A stretch of 62,938 nucleotides of DNA, counting the filler, from Collodictyon triciliatum (Eukaryota), in the NCBI GenBank assembly GCA_043381765.1. It is 3 parts of 3 records of this genome, joined end to end, with 100 filler letters (N's around TTAATTAATTAA, not from the genome) between each part and the next. Parts side by side here need not be neighbours in the genome. Positions count along the whole stretch, not along the records: positions 27,128 to 54,038 come from JBHJMP010001001.1; positions 54,139 to 62,938 come from JBHJMP010001048.1; 1 more part is not named here. One strand, 5' to 3'. A program made the position numbers and the translations under genes. Positions 42,119-60,200 of this stretch are shown piece after piece (the stretch's first letter is position 1; each line of letters begins with the position of its first letter). The notes under the pieces are model-generated. The model was not told the origin of the DNA. It saw only the letters and a program-made list of their open reading frames with translations, and ran no database searches.

Positions 42119-42726
42119 TGCGATTCTCGAGGGGCGAAATCCTGTAGAAAATGATGGAAAAATTAATTAAAGAACGGTCTTGCTGTCCAGCTGATGTGAT
42201 GAGGCATAGAGAAAAGTAAAATCGGACTAGATGGCTGAATCATAGGATGATTAAACTACTTCGGTTATCTATTTCTATGGGAAATGAAGTGGTTATTCCT
42301 TCGTCGTAAGCTTGCGATTCAAAACATGGTATAGGAGCAGAGCGCGTTGATGTGCATGGGAAATCTCATAGTTGCTTGTTTGTTTCTGTAGTTAACAGAG
42401 GACAGAATCACCCGGACTGAAATGATTGAGTATGAACAGAAACATATCGTGCTCGTTGCATGGTTCTCCCTTTTTTCCTCTGATGATATTTTCTGTGATT
42501 GCCCGCATCGCTAGGCTGGTTTCTTGATACTGTCATCACGTTATGCTCTTTTTCAAAAGTAACAAGGGCGGTGCGCTTATCTTGCATTGCGCTTGGATGG
42601 CGGCCATGCTTTTGCAAGCGAGCGGCTGCATTCTTTTTCCCTTGCATCGCACCTTTCCTTTTCGCATTAGATTCAGTATTGCCCCCACCAAAGGCTGACT
42701 AAAAGATAAAGAGAAAGAGAGCTAAA

Positions 42727-42766
<40 letters not shown>

Positions 42767-43041
42767 ATATGATATTAGTAATTAGCAAAATGATTTCTTG
42801 TTGTCTGCCTCGTGGAGTCATGTCACATGACAGCTCGATAAATACAGATTCTTTTACGCATGCTTTATATAAACCGACTAGGAGGGGTATACCAATCTTT
42901 CTATTGACAAACACCCAGAGAGACTCTCAATGCAGAGCCGAGCAGCCTCAGCTGCCGTATATTCATTTTAATATCCTGAAAGAAAAAAAAACACACAGCG
43001 CAGAAGACAACCTGCTTCACAAGACTTTGCACCTTCGTTTG

Positions 43042-47312
<4,271 letters not shown>

Positions 47313-47717
47313 TGTACCGATGCTGGTGATGTTGCCTGGAGCAGATTCTTTCCAGTACTTTTCTTTATAAAGTAAAAATTGCAGCATACAATACAATATG
47401 GACAGAAATAAAAACATACACGAATATATAAAACTCTCCTCTTGGATGGGGGTTTATCAGATTAGTATCAGGCTGAACCATGACGCTGTGCGAATCGGCA
47501 GGAAGAGGGTGGACCTTTTCAATCTGTGCGACATTTTAGTATTCAAGAGGAGGAGAATGCGTCTGCTTCATTTCACACCGTCCCTTCCTCCTTTTTGCTT
47601 CGCGTGTCATCGTCTCGCATAGTGGTTTCGTGTGAGTTGGTTGAGAAAAAAAAAGTGAGGGAGAGAGAGATTAAAAGTAGAAAGGAAAGGCGAAGAAAAA
47701 AAAAAAAGAAAGAGGCA

Positions 47718-50700
47718 TTAGCGTGAACTCTTTGATGGGTAATACGGCTCCTTGTCTCTTGGACGCTTGTAATGCGCATTCGCATTGTGGCCATCGCCTA
47801 AAACAATTCACAAGCACTTAGCCACCAACCATGCTTTAATTTGATTGCATACATGCCAAAGTACATCATCAGTAAAGGTATTCGAGCGAGAATGCGAAAA
47901 ATAGGAAGATAGGGTTTGATAAACCGGAAAATGCAATGCTGGCGGGAAAAAATAAAACCTTGCGGATTCGAGTCGTAGGTCTGCTGCGGATAACTCGAAG
48001 GCGCTGAGTGGTAGCTCTGTTCCGGACGAGTCGTTGTATTCCAGTGGTAGTCCTGATCAGCGAGTGGATTCAGAAGCGGAGCTCCACCGTAGCCTGGCGG
48101 AGAAATGTGTGCATTCAGGTGCGCAGGGGGCGCTTGGTAGCTCTGTCCCATGGGGTGATATCTCGGCGGAGCAGAAGCCGAACTCGAAGCACAAGCATAA
48201 CCAGCGCTTGGATTGGGGACAGATGATGACATGGGCGGTGCGGATGGGTTGAAGTGGAACGGCCTGTCAAACGCGGGAGTGGAGCTCTAAAAAGAAACCA
48301 GCGCATTTACAAGACATTAAAAAAAAAAATAAAGACATGAAACGGATGAAAGAAGAATAAAAAAAAAAAATATATAAAAGATGAAGTAGTACCTTTATAC
48401 ACAGATATATTGTTTGCTTTTGTTTCTTTGTGGTTACCTTTTCGACCGGCGACTCATGCCTGAAATCGCCTCCGGCGTTGTGACTGTAGGAGTTTTGGTG
48501 GTCTTGTCTCCTTGGCGGATACGAGCTGGAGCTCCGGTCGTACGGTGCTGGACGGCTCTGCGTGTATCCAGATCGATGCAGGTAGCCGGACTGTGAATGT
48601 GTGCTGTACGAATTGCGGCTGCTGCTACGCATGTCGTGGCTCTGTGAATCGCCGAGGATTTGACAGGCGGTTCTGACGTCTCTCGTGCCTCTTCGCAGGT
48701 GTTCTTCGTCGTTGCCTGGTGGGTTGCACGAGTTTCGGGTGTTTTAAAGTAAACAAAGGTCAAAACAAAGGTCAAAACAAAGGTCAAAACAAAGGAGAAA
48801 AGGAAAAGAGAAAGACTGACTATCCAGAGCAGGACCGGGAAGATTTGTGCCACTAAGAATAGCAGTCCGAAAAACGAAGCCCTCCGGGATGTTGGGAGCT
48901 ACATATAAGATCGTCACAGCTCATTAAAAGTTGGATGAGAATAATGAGTGTGTCTATAATAGATGTATAACTAATTTCTTGGGTTTTTTTTAACGCTAAA
49001 AAACGATGTCAGATATTAGGACGTTAATATATTATTATCTACACAAATCTGGGGAGAATAGAACACACTGGATGTTTTAAAAAAAAAAAAAAAAGAAGGC
49101 AAAAGTCCATTAAAGAAAGAGAAAGAGGGGGAATGCATATGCTTTTGTTTCATGGATGTGAATGTGGTTTAAAGTTAACCAACGAAAGACCACATACGAT
49201 TGAAAATAGCTGAGTAGGTGCAATTCACAAAGTCCGGCATTCCTAGAATGGTTGATTTCACCATAGAGCCGAACGTGCCTCCTTCTATGAGAAAAAAAAT
49301 TGGCGATACGGTGATTTGGCTGAATAAGCAGCAGCATATGTTCGAGAGGCCAGAAAAGGGAGTTGTTTGGCTATGGCAGACATGAGCTAAATTATGACGC
49401 CATACTTCGATAACCCGACATGTAACCAAAAATCTCATTCCGAGGGTCTTTGATATCCACCCACCTGGTAACGTGAATTTATTGCATCTTTGATTAGAGC
49501 TTCACACAAGCCAAAACGGAAAATACAAAGCAGCTGAGGCTCGTTTAAATGGCTCATAGCCCATATATCAAATTAGTTTCTTACTCTATTTGCTCATCCT
49601 TCCAAGTTGGAAGAGTTTTTTTGTCATCATAGAGACTTTTGACGAAGCCGGAAATCGGATGAGACTCATGCACGAAGAATAGATCCCAATTCCTTGTATT
49701 CCGTTCCTTTTCCTCTGGCGTTACACGGTGTTCAACACTAAACAATTTCGATGGGATAAGAAGAATGACATTAACTTTTCAAACTAAAATTCGGTGCTGT
49801 ATTTGGTCTTAGCAGGCGGAAGGTAATAACACCACCAAAAAAAAAAAAAATAATTGCGAATTGTATCATAATTTCAATTCTTTGATTCTATATTACTCTT
49901 TGATGGCATCAGAAAGTCTCTTTTGGTCGATGAATGGTAGAATCACAACAGCTTTCCAAGCCTTATCCTGACCGTTCATATCAGAGATAAAGGATTCTAT
50001 GTTCCGGGAGAGAAAAATATGAATAATACAAAGATAGAATTCTATAATATGGCTCAAATCATGTGTTCTCTCTGTCATTTTTTATCGGCATAGTCGTTTC
50101 ACGAATTATGCATACAAATGTATCTCTCCTCTCTGTTTGGCGTTCTTTTATTTATTTATTAAACCCTGCCGACTTTCGTATTTTAATAAAAATATATATA
50201 TATAATAATTCTATATAGAAACTTACCGGGGTAAAAATCGATAATTGGCGAATTCGGATCTGTCATGAGCTTGCGGTAAGATTCAGGAAGTGCATGACCG
50301 CTAGTTTGGTTATATTGTGAATAAATGTGTTACAGCACGACACAACATAGAGACCAAGAAAAGAGAAAATTGAATTGCATATGACCCTAGTGGAATAAGT
50401 GGCTATTTTTTCTCTTCTATTGCTTTTTCAATAGAATTAAGCAAACTAGAGATAACCAATTTAAAAAAATAGTGTACCTCAACGCTGGAAGGACACCCAA
50501 TAACTGCTCAAATGGCTTTCTTGGTCTGGATGGTGCAAACTCTGTGTTGACTTCATGGAGGTCGGCCAAGTCGCTAGCGAATGGGGCATAATAGAATGGA
50601 TAGTACCAGTCCCACGATGGACAACCCTAATGCCAACCACGAGCTGTATTCAGACGTTTTGATGGCGAAGATATATAATACTATTCAGGGATAACCCAAT

Positions 50701-53700
50701 TTCAAAGAATAAAATAGTCATGTCCGATTTTGTGTTGGTAGTGTTACTTGGCTGTAATACTGCCACACCCAGCATAGTCCCAGAACATACTCATCACGAA
50801 TTCTAGAATAGAGAAGTTTGATATTTCAATAATATTTTGACAAAGTCGGAGGAAGGAAGAATACAAAGGAGGCCATCAATGGAGCGGAATGATTATTCTG
50901 GATTTTTAAGCGTGGAGTCAAAGGCTATTCAATCTAGAATTTCGAATCCCAACACACAAGGCACGAGTAATATATGTATCGCTTCGTTTTCTAGAAATCG
51001 ACGACATTGTAATCCGTCAATCCGTACTTTTTGAAAAAAGATATCGTTTGAGACTCGAGCGGAAATTTCTTCATGTAGTATCTTCGCTTCCATCCAGGTG
51101 TATCATAACATATTTCATCTACATTGAGAGGTGATGGGAAAATACACAAACGTTTAATTACATTTTTCCATAAAACAGGATGGAAACCAACAAATAGTAC
51201 CTATTTCAGCGACTGGAGTGTCCTTTTTGCTTTGGGAGGGTCGACCTCTTCCAGATTTTTGTTGTGATTGCATCCTTTTTTGCCTTTGGCACTTGGCAGA
51301 GAGCAATATATCTGTGATAATTATTGATTCATTTTAAAATATATATGTATTCGAAATATTTGCGCTTAAGTAGTGAAGAAAGTGAAAAAGTTTAACAGTA
51401 GGGCAGAGTAAGTGAGATGAAACGCACCCTCTTTGGACCCAACCATGCGAATCAACATTTCAGCCCTGTTCAAGTTCAACTAAAACAAGAACCTTTGTGA
51501 GTTCCGATATTTTCATGCGAGACTGGCACCTCCAAAGTTTATAATGTATATATAAATGGGGGCGGAAATACCACGCCCAATTAAAACTAACGTTTCCATC
51601 GCCAGTTATGTAACCACCCATCAGAACCAGGTTTCTTCGATATGCCTCCATGAGCAGATCCAACGAGCCTGCAATTAAACCAAGTGATAAAGTTGCTTCC
51701 CAATATTCAAAGATGGTGTATCAGTCCCTATCAGTAAATTGCTTTTACCAGAGTTGATGTCCAGCGATGGAATGTGAGGCAAAAAGTCGTTTCCCACCAG
51801 AAAACAGATGAATACAAAATCATCCAGTACACGCTCGTCTTCTCTTTTAAATGGAAGCTACGAGGGCGTAAATTATAGGTGTATTAGTATGAAAAAAATG
51901 TATGCGCTATTGAAGATAACAATCAGAAAATATGCATGATGATTAAATCCTGATGTGCCGAGTGTACATATTAAAGGGGTATTTGATAAAACAAACATTG
52001 GCAACATAGAGGTCCATAATGAGATATTCTCTCAGAATATCAACATGAGCATACTATATTAAAACATCACATCAAGGGAAATTTATGATTGGAGAGAGAA
52101 TTTTATTGTTCAGTTTTTTTTTGCACATGTATTGCGAATGGTTATTTAATGGCTCTAGTCGATCAGAAAATCGAGACAAACGTGTAGGGAAATAAGGGCG
52201 ATGTGCTCTTCTGGGTCAAGTCCGTCTAATTCTGCCGCGCTTAGTGTTGATTTCTATGTAATATTTGTTAACTTGCTATTTATGCGCCACACATTCATTC
52301 AGATTCGGTAGACATACGTCTGGAATATCGCGCAGAATTTTGAAATGGGGTTCATGGCTAACCAACGCAAGCATAATAAGATCCGCATCCTACAAACATG
52401 TTAATTGTGGCCATGAATGCACATTACATTCCAAATGATTACGTTAGGAGTTGGCTGTTGATATTATAGAGAGGAATCGATGTGATTATTTACCGAACCG
52501 TAAAGAACATGAACGGTGTTCGGGTCATAACCATCCATCAATCTTTGGCGACGAATGTAGTCCATGACTAAAAGATTGATAAAACAGCGAATGTTAGATA
52601 ACAAGACTGTAAATCTTTAAATTATGAATTTTAAAAAAGGAAAAGGAAAAGGAAACATATTTGCATATCCATGGGATTCTTTCTTTTACTTTTATGCTCT
52701 CCTTCTCCAGGGACACCTCCATCGGATATGATAACTTTAAGCTAATTTTGAAATAATTTTTAGAAAAATGACCACTGATATAATGAGCCATTGTTTAATA
52801 TATGTTGGGTTCTGACAAAATGAAAGAATAGAGAATAAGTGTGGCAAATATGTTTATACATTCCTCCAGTATGGGTCCTCGGTTTGTTTTGTTTGTACGT
52901 AATATCTCAAGGCCTGCGACACGCTATATTTTGTTGCAAAAAAAATTAATGATTAAGAAATTTCTTTCTTTTATTTTTTGTTGTACCATAAATATCACTT
53001 GAGTAAGTGATGTCAACGCACAAATAAAGTTGCTAGAAGCATGAAGCATGAATTTAAACTCAAGGAACATACAATAATAGAAACTCAGTCCCAGGCGTGA
53101 TGACGTTTCCATCAAATGCAACATCCAACTCTTTATACTGCGAACGATACATAATAATTCACAAATTCCGAAAATAAATTGGCATGTATATGGATTGTAA
53201 GATGAAATACAGAAATGATATGGTATGGCATAATTTCATCCAACCGAATTTTATAAAACATACAGCAATGTTCTGTATTTCGCACTCCCTCTTTCGAAGC
53301 TGCTCCAATTCCAAGTTATCCTTTGAGTCTTGGGCAGCACGGAAACGGCGGCTTCTTTGTTGATTCATCTTTGCGCGAGGAGCAACCCCATCTGGGCATT
53401 GGAACAACCATGAGAGAGACTGATTATCAATGGACAAGTACGTTTTCTTGGTATTATGATTGCAATTCTTGACGAGAGACCTCATATCAAATAAAATTGA
53501 GTATCAATATGGAAAGATATGTATCGTAAAATACTTGCCAATGGCAAAATACACCAGCTTTCGAGGTCGAGCATTGCTTATCAATCGATCTATAATTTGA
53601 AACATAGAGGCCATTCTCTCCGAATCATTCTCTGGGATTTTCTACATGTTTTGAAATCAAGATAATGGCAACAGATGCAAGAAAATTGCCATCAAACTGG

Positions 53701-53855
53701 CAGTCCACAACAAAACTTTAAGAAATCATGCAGTGAATACATTGGTGATGTAAAAAAAAAAAATGCCTGACTTGGTTTAAGAGCAACAAATCAAAACACA
53801 AACCCCGCTCTCTGGCTTGCAACAAGGGTGGATGATGCTGTTCATATCCAGGTAG
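47718..53855 (-). CDS. XRN2: 5'-3' exoribonuclease, XRN2/Rat1-type; 5' end lost at contig break
   Basis: [102 protein letters not shown], then a low-complexity S/Y/P tail. No XRN1 C-terminal domains. Confidence 0.9.
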
Positions 53856-53918
53856 CTAAAGTTGGATTGATAATTTAGAGGTGCGTTTTCGTCTAGAAAG
53901 TGATGAAGCTAGATAATT

Positions 53919-54038
53919 GATATGATATGATATGATATGATATGATATGATATGATATGATATGATATGATATGATATGATATGATATGATATGATATGA
54001 TATGATATGATATGATATGATATGATATGATATGATAT
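53919..54038. repeat. (GATAT)n at contig end, XRN2 intron
   Basis: Direct reading. Confidence 0.95.
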
Positions 54039-54138
54039 NNNNNNNNNNNNNNNNNNNNNNNNNNNNNNNNNNNNNNNNNNNNTTAATTAATTAANNNNNN
54101 NNNNNNNNNNNNNNNNNNNNNNNNNNNNNNNNNNNNNN
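54039..54138. other. Artificial contig-joining linker (44N-TTAATTAATTAA-44N)
   Basis: Same six-frame-stop 12-mer (54083-54094) within an N run. Confidence 0.97.
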
Positions 54139-54241
54139 TTGTTTTTTTTTTGTTTTTTTTTTTTTTTTGTTTTTTGTTTTCTTCGTTTTGTTATTCGAGG
54201 AGGAGGAAATATAAAACTGGATAAGCAACAAAGCAGCATAG

Positions 54242-54520
54242 CAATGGGAGGATGGCAGAACACGCAGATCACGAATGGTTGTCCGGGCCCGACTGCCTCG
54301 CAGCGCGTTCGGCTCTTTGCGGCTGACGCAGCCTGATTCATCCTTTGTGCCGGGTGCTGTGTTGGTATTCCGCACGGGCGAGGTGCAAGACGTATATGGC
54401 ATGACAACCCTGAACGTTATGTCTGATGCAGCATCGTCGCACCGGTTCTTTGCTTGGTGTCCAGCGTGTTGGGTTTCCGGGAGGGAAAGGACAGGGAAAG
54501 ACAAAGGCACAGAAAAGTGA
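54242..54520 (+). CDS. Probable terminal exon of an unknown gene truncated by the contig start
   Basis: CATAG acceptor at 54237-54241, then a GC-rich open frame QWEDGRTRRSRMVVRARLPRS...GTEK*. The stop is 50 bp from the convergent stop at 54571. Confidence 0.4.
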   Translation, partial: QWEDGRTRRSRMVVRARLPRSAFGSLRLTQPDSSFVPGAVLVFRTGEVQDVYGMTTLNVMSDAASSHRFFAWCPACWVSGRERTGKDKGTEK

Positions 54521-54570
54521 TGATATGATTAGAGAGAGAGAGAAATAGATATAGTCCTTTATATGAGGTT

Positions 54571-57006
54571 CTAATTGTATTCCTGCGAGAGCGCTTTCTC
54601 TTTTTCTGTCCGGTGATATATAATCCTGGCTATTGTATCGTAGTGGGATTCTAAACTCACGAGGCTTTCGAGTGACTGCAAGTGTTCAAAGTTGTCGGCT
54701 TGAGCTGCAGGCGGGTTGGTGAACAGCTGAGTTAAAATCGTTCCTATATGAAAATCTGTAGCGGTAACCCCCTTGTCTTCATTTACAAGATACTTTGTTC
54801 TTTTGGGCTCTTGGTTGTCTTCATTGTCTTGGATGGGTGCGTCCATTCCCGAGAGGAGAGCAGACTCCGTGGTGCTTTCTTTTCGGCCGCGAAGGGGTAA
54901 CCACAATAATATCAGATAAAAAAATGAGTGGGGGTTTTCACTCGTTTACCCAAATTAATCAATTTATAACCCCTTGGGCAGTGCATGAAATGCGATTTTT
55001 TTTTTAAAATAAAAAAAAAAGCTTTTTCTTATCATTAGTCCACCTTTCGGTATACACGAGTTGAGGAAAATATGATGAAATTTTGAAAAGAAACTGTATT
55101 ACCTTGCATAGATGGCTGCACCGCGCCTGTACTTTGTATATCCTCCGAAATAAATCCTACATAAAATATTATTTTAGAGAGTGTGCCGAAGCACTTTTAT
55201 TATATTATGTGAATCTGACCACTACACATCCTTTCGTCTGCATATGTATAAACGTATTCATCCGATAGCAGTAGCGCTTTATTGGTTATTGAAGATTGAA
55301 CAGATTCTCCATGATTCGCATCGTCATGCATTCCACCATTTATTAAATCATGTCCATTTGTGTTCTGGTTATGGAATGTCTGCGTTTCTGCTATCTTTCT
55401 GTTGGCTTCGGTGAATTGTACGTACTTGTTTCTAACCAACAAGTTCCAAAGAACAAATAGGCCCTGTGTATAGTTTTTGGCTGTAATTTCATCAGAGACA
55501 GGAAGTCTTCCATATCTCAGGACTGGAAATAGTTCTTGTATAGTCTCACGAAACAGATTGTGTGTCAATCTGCTTTGTTCATGTAATTTGTTAAAGTTTT
55601 CTTGATAATCATATTTGGGGTGTTTGAAGGATGATAACAACCACGGGTAAGATGGGTGATGTTCATCAGTGAAAATGTAACCAAACGCAGAAATTTGCTC
55701 CATACCATCCATATTTTCAATCTCGCCATTAGATTTATAGTATGGAGCTTTTCTTTGGTTAAATTGGACAATCTTCTTTTGCAGTTCGGGTGATAGGATT
55801 CTTAGCCCTTCTACCAGTAGCTCCACATTTTCGCTTGGATATTTTATCCACTCAAAGTATGTAATCTCCATAGATTGGTTAACCACATACTAATTTATTC
55901 AGAAAGTTCTTAGTTTGGGAAAACTAAAGAATATGATGTTTTTTTTTCTTTAAACCCCCCTTCCCCCTCCTCCTTTGAGTTTTATTTACTTAGTAATCAT
56001 TATGGTGTATAAATTTGCTTTGAAACTGATATAAAGCTTAAATAATGTAATAAAACGCTCGTAAATTTTATTCTACTATGTTAATCGACTATTCAAATAC
56101 ACTACAGCGTTGGAAAAGTCATCGTTACCTGAATCATATAATCGGCGTGACACTGAGAAGCTTTTTGCTCGGTAGCGGGTCTGCCTCTTGAAACATTTGC
56201 AAAATGATGCGAAATATTCAAAGGGAAATAGCCCAGGTATCCCAGATTAACCGGCTCGACAGTTTGTTTGCTTGATACACCATCGACAACCGGGAGTGGC
56301 CCTATATGATATCAAGTGTGACGAGCGCAGCAAACTCTCGAGGTATGTTATTTTTTCTAAAAAAAAAAAAAACCTGAAAATCTGGTAATTCAATGACAAA
56401 TCATATATTTGATGTAGATATATGAAAGCCCATATAGATATATGCCCCCCGGAAAAAAGAAGACGAAAGAGTAAAGGGGAAATGAAGTGTTTTTGAATAA
56501 TCATAAATATCTTTTAAAAAGGGCACGTTACTTGGACCAAACCCGATTACAGGTTCGTACCGACACAGAGCGGCAATGCACAACTGCACAGAGGTCGATG
56601 CAAAGCCGTTGCTGCACTTGTAAACGGACATCAGCTTGCGGAAGGACATGTTCGAGGTGAACCTGGCCAGAAAGATCAGTGCGCGCCACTTGAGCACGTC
56701 GAGTCTTTGGAACTTCATTCGCTCCACTCGGCGCAGGAGCGAAACGACGCTGTCCCATGCGGCTTTTGGCAGGCGCATCTGCTGCTGAAACTCTGCTTCC
56801 GAGGCTGCCAGGAGCGTCCGAACAGAGTTTGGGATGATGAAGCGAAGAGAGGCGTTGGTTTGCCGCTGCGAAGTGCTGCTGCCTGTGCGGACGTCCTTCA
56901 GCCCGCTCCTGAACGAGTCCAGACGGTCCGTGTATTCCCGGTCGAATGCTGCGAGGCGGTCGTGCAGCGCTCGGGAAAGACCCGTGAAGACGCCCCCACT
57001 TGTCAT
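54571..57006 (-). CDS. Harbinger/PIF transposase-derived (HARBI1/ALP1-like, DDE_Tnp_4) gene, 5 exons (57006-56532, 56301-56129, 55889-55220, 55126-55103, 54878-54571), about 549 aa
   Basis: HTH LIFLARFTSNMSFRKLMSVYKCSNGFASTSVQLCIAAL. GYIFTDEHHPSYPWLLSSFKHPKYDYQENFNKLHEQSR matches the Harbinger pattern GYLLGDSGYP..PWLLTP.....FN..H..R. GLFVLWNLL resembles ACCVLHN. All exon phases are consistent. No TIRs seen. Confidence 0.75.
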
Positions 57007-57081
57007 GTTGTGGAAGCTGGCCTGCCTGCGCGCCGCTTTTCTTGTGTTATGTGCATATTCTCTCGCTCCGTTGTTTGCTTG

Positions 57082-57244
57082 TTTTTTTATTTTCTTTTTT
57101 CTTTTTTCTTGTTTTTTATTCTTTTTCTTATTCTTTTTCTTTTTATTTTCTTTTTTATTTTCTTTTTTATTTTCTTTTTTATTTTCTTTTTTATTTTCTT
57201 TTTTATTTTCTTTTTTATTTTCTTTTTTATTTTCTTTTTTATTT
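57082..57244. repeat. 12-bp (ATTTTCTTTTTT)n between the UTP25 stop and the Harbinger-like gene start
   Basis: Direct reading. Confidence 0.9.
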
Positions 57245-57277
57245 CAGTGTTTCTGTGGGAGGGCTTGTGGAGGTTGG

Positions 57278-60200
57278 CTAGCAGAACATGTGCGAGGTTT
57301 TCTCGGAGCTGAGCAGACGCTGGCACCTTTCTGTGCCGAGGATGCGCTCGATTTGAGGCATGTCTGGCTGCATGTAGAGAATGAGCGCCCTGCGTAGGGA
57401 AAAGATTGCGTTTGCGAGGGATAATCAGTCATCGAGTGGTGAGCCTTGTTTGATGCCAATCTGTATACTGTCTTTTGTCTCTTGCGCGTATCTAGCTGGC
57501 ACTACGCACGTCGCGTGGGGATTGTCTTGTCTCTTTTCTTGTAAGGATGCTGTGCAGATGGATAACTTACGTTCCGTCTGTGCTCTCCATCAGGTTGAGC
57601 ACCTCCGGGTAGAAATGAGCAAAGTCTGGGAGTGAGTAAAAAACAACATTGCGGATACCACGGATTCGATATCTTGAGCAAAGAGAAACCGAACAGAAAA
57701 AAAGTGGGGGTGAAGACTGTTAGTTTGTCCAACATAGATAAGGACTTGCCTATGTACTAGAAAAGTACATGGAATATGTTGTCTTGCTCAGATGGCATAA
57801 TCAGTTAAGAGCTTGCTCGCTTTGAGAACTCTCAGAAATGCAAAGGGATAGATAATGATTGATAAGATGTCTTACCGACGGAAAAAGTGAAATCTCTCTG
57901 TGAACAGCACAAAGTCACGCTCCTTGTGGAAAAACTGGAAACGTGCGCGGGAGATAGACGCATTCGATGAATACCTTGATGATGGTTTTATTTTTTGTGA
58001 TGGACATTTCGCTAGTAGAATTAAACAAATGCATTATGTTGGAGGATAGCATGTACATAAAAGCCAAAGTTTGAGTTATTTTATGTTCGTGTGATGATTA
58101 TTGAGGCTTATACTCGCAAAGTTGGCAGAAAGAAATATCCTGCTTCTTGAGGTAGTTACGCAGGCGCACATATTCGAAATACGAACGTACAAATATCAGC
58201 GTCTGCTTCTGAATAGAGCTTTGCAAGTGAGGCAACACCTAAGAGCGTTTGTAGGGAAGATATTAGTTTGATATGTAGTGGGCTTTGCGGTTCTATATTG
58301 TAACTTTTTTTCTTTCATTTGAAAACGTAAAGTCTTCAATCACGTTAATTGAAATAAAAAATTAGCAGGAAATATACACACCAACTTTAATACATCGAAT
58401 TTTATTACCTGCTTAGTAAAATAGTCGAAGCGTTTATCGTCAGCATTTTCAGTGTCTTTGCAATCGATTTTTTGATAAAGCTGGAATTCAGGAAGAAGAA
58501 TAACCCAAAACAAAAAAAAAATGTATCAGAGGGCGTGCTTTTTTTTTGTTTTGTTTTGTTTTTTATTCCCTGTCGAATGAGATCAGAAATTGCGTGTTCA
58601 TATTTGTAATTATACTATACCTGTCTTGTCTGTCTGAGAATATTTTCGATGGAACCAGGATATGTTGGACGCACTTTAATTTGGCCAAAGGCGTCTGCAA
58701 TATAAAGTAATCTCAATTTCTTGTTGATTGGGATTTGCATATGACTTTTGCATATGACTTTTGCATTTGACTTTTGACTTTTGACTTTTGACTTTTGACT
58801 TTTGACTTTTGACTTTTGACTTTTGACTTTTGACTTTTGACGTTTGTCTTTGTTTTAATTTTATTTTGTTTTATTTTTATTTTGTTTCGATGACTGGTTT
58901 AGTTAAAATAAATAATAATAATAATAAAAAAAAAGGGGGATTTTCTTTTCTTTAATGAATAGAATATATCTAGTTATGTACTAAATCAGAAGATTATATG
59001 AATCGTATATGACTTACTATAGCACCATCGAGTAAAAATAGCATTAAATTCTGGATTCATGAAGCTGCTTGCAATAATCGTTTGTCGTGTGTACTTTGAC
59101 CTATTTTGAGAACAAGAGTCGATTAGTTGTACTTTCTCCTTAGTATTTTTCTTCAGCTTTGCAATTATTTTGCATTATGGTACATCTTAACATTATCATG
59201 ACATAGTAATCAGTCATCAATATATGGAATCAAACTTTCCACTTAAACACCATTCGCGAACTCTGGAGAAGTCTGTATTGCTGTGCGATACTGGTAGCAA
59301 ATTCAAAGTGTCAAACAAAGTCACCACATGGTCCCAGTTTTGCATGAGAAATGCATCCGTCTGATCGACTAATATTAAGTGGATTTATGTTATATGAAAG
59401 ATTAAATTCAAATGTTTGATTTTATCGGTGTATGGTTTAAAATAAATATTTGCGTACGGATGACCATTTCAATTGATGATAGAAAGTCGTAATCTCTGTC
59501 CTTGTCTCTGAATTAAAATGAAAAATTGTTTGAGCTGACATATCTTCATGAATTCGCAGAAGGGAAAGTTATCTTTGAAAGTTCTTTATCCTCAAAAAAA
59601 AAAAAAATCATGGTATTCAATCTAAGATTACCCTGTAGCACCAATCAGTAATCGAAGCCCCAGAGGAGAGGCAATGACCAGATCTGATGAGAAAAACTCA
59701 GAGTATATTTTGATAGAACGCTTCGAAAAAGAAAGCCCGACTCTGAAACAGTCATCAATGTTTCCCTCGAATAAGGATTTGAAGTCATCTATATCGCCAT
59801 TTAGAAGCGTTTTAGCTTTGGGTGTGTCCCAAGGAGCGCAACGGAGGAGAGAGGTGTCACACGTCAGCCAATTATAGTTTTACGTGGTTTCGTCTCGTCC
59901 GCTTTTTCCTCCTGGTCGGTACTGTATTCCTGGAAGAATCTCTTCTTGTTTGCAACTTGGTCCTGTTTTTATCTCAGTTTAGCGCATGTCCAGTTGCATA
60001 TGAATTGTATTACCCAAAAATACTATTTTATCAATTGGCATATAACTAACACAGTTCTTTTCATAACAAAAGAAAAAGAAAAGATAGAATGAAATAAAAT
60101 GGAGAGTGTCTTGAACGGTTAGCGAAGCAGATATTTAGCATACGTGTACCCACTTGATGCACTTTTGGTGATAAATTCAAGAACAAATCAACGTATTTCT

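Noticed and set aside
55200-55886. ITYFEWIK as a glutamate dehydrogenase C-terminal motif
   Set aside because: No NAGGV context, and the downstream sequence fits the Harbinger DDE domain much better.
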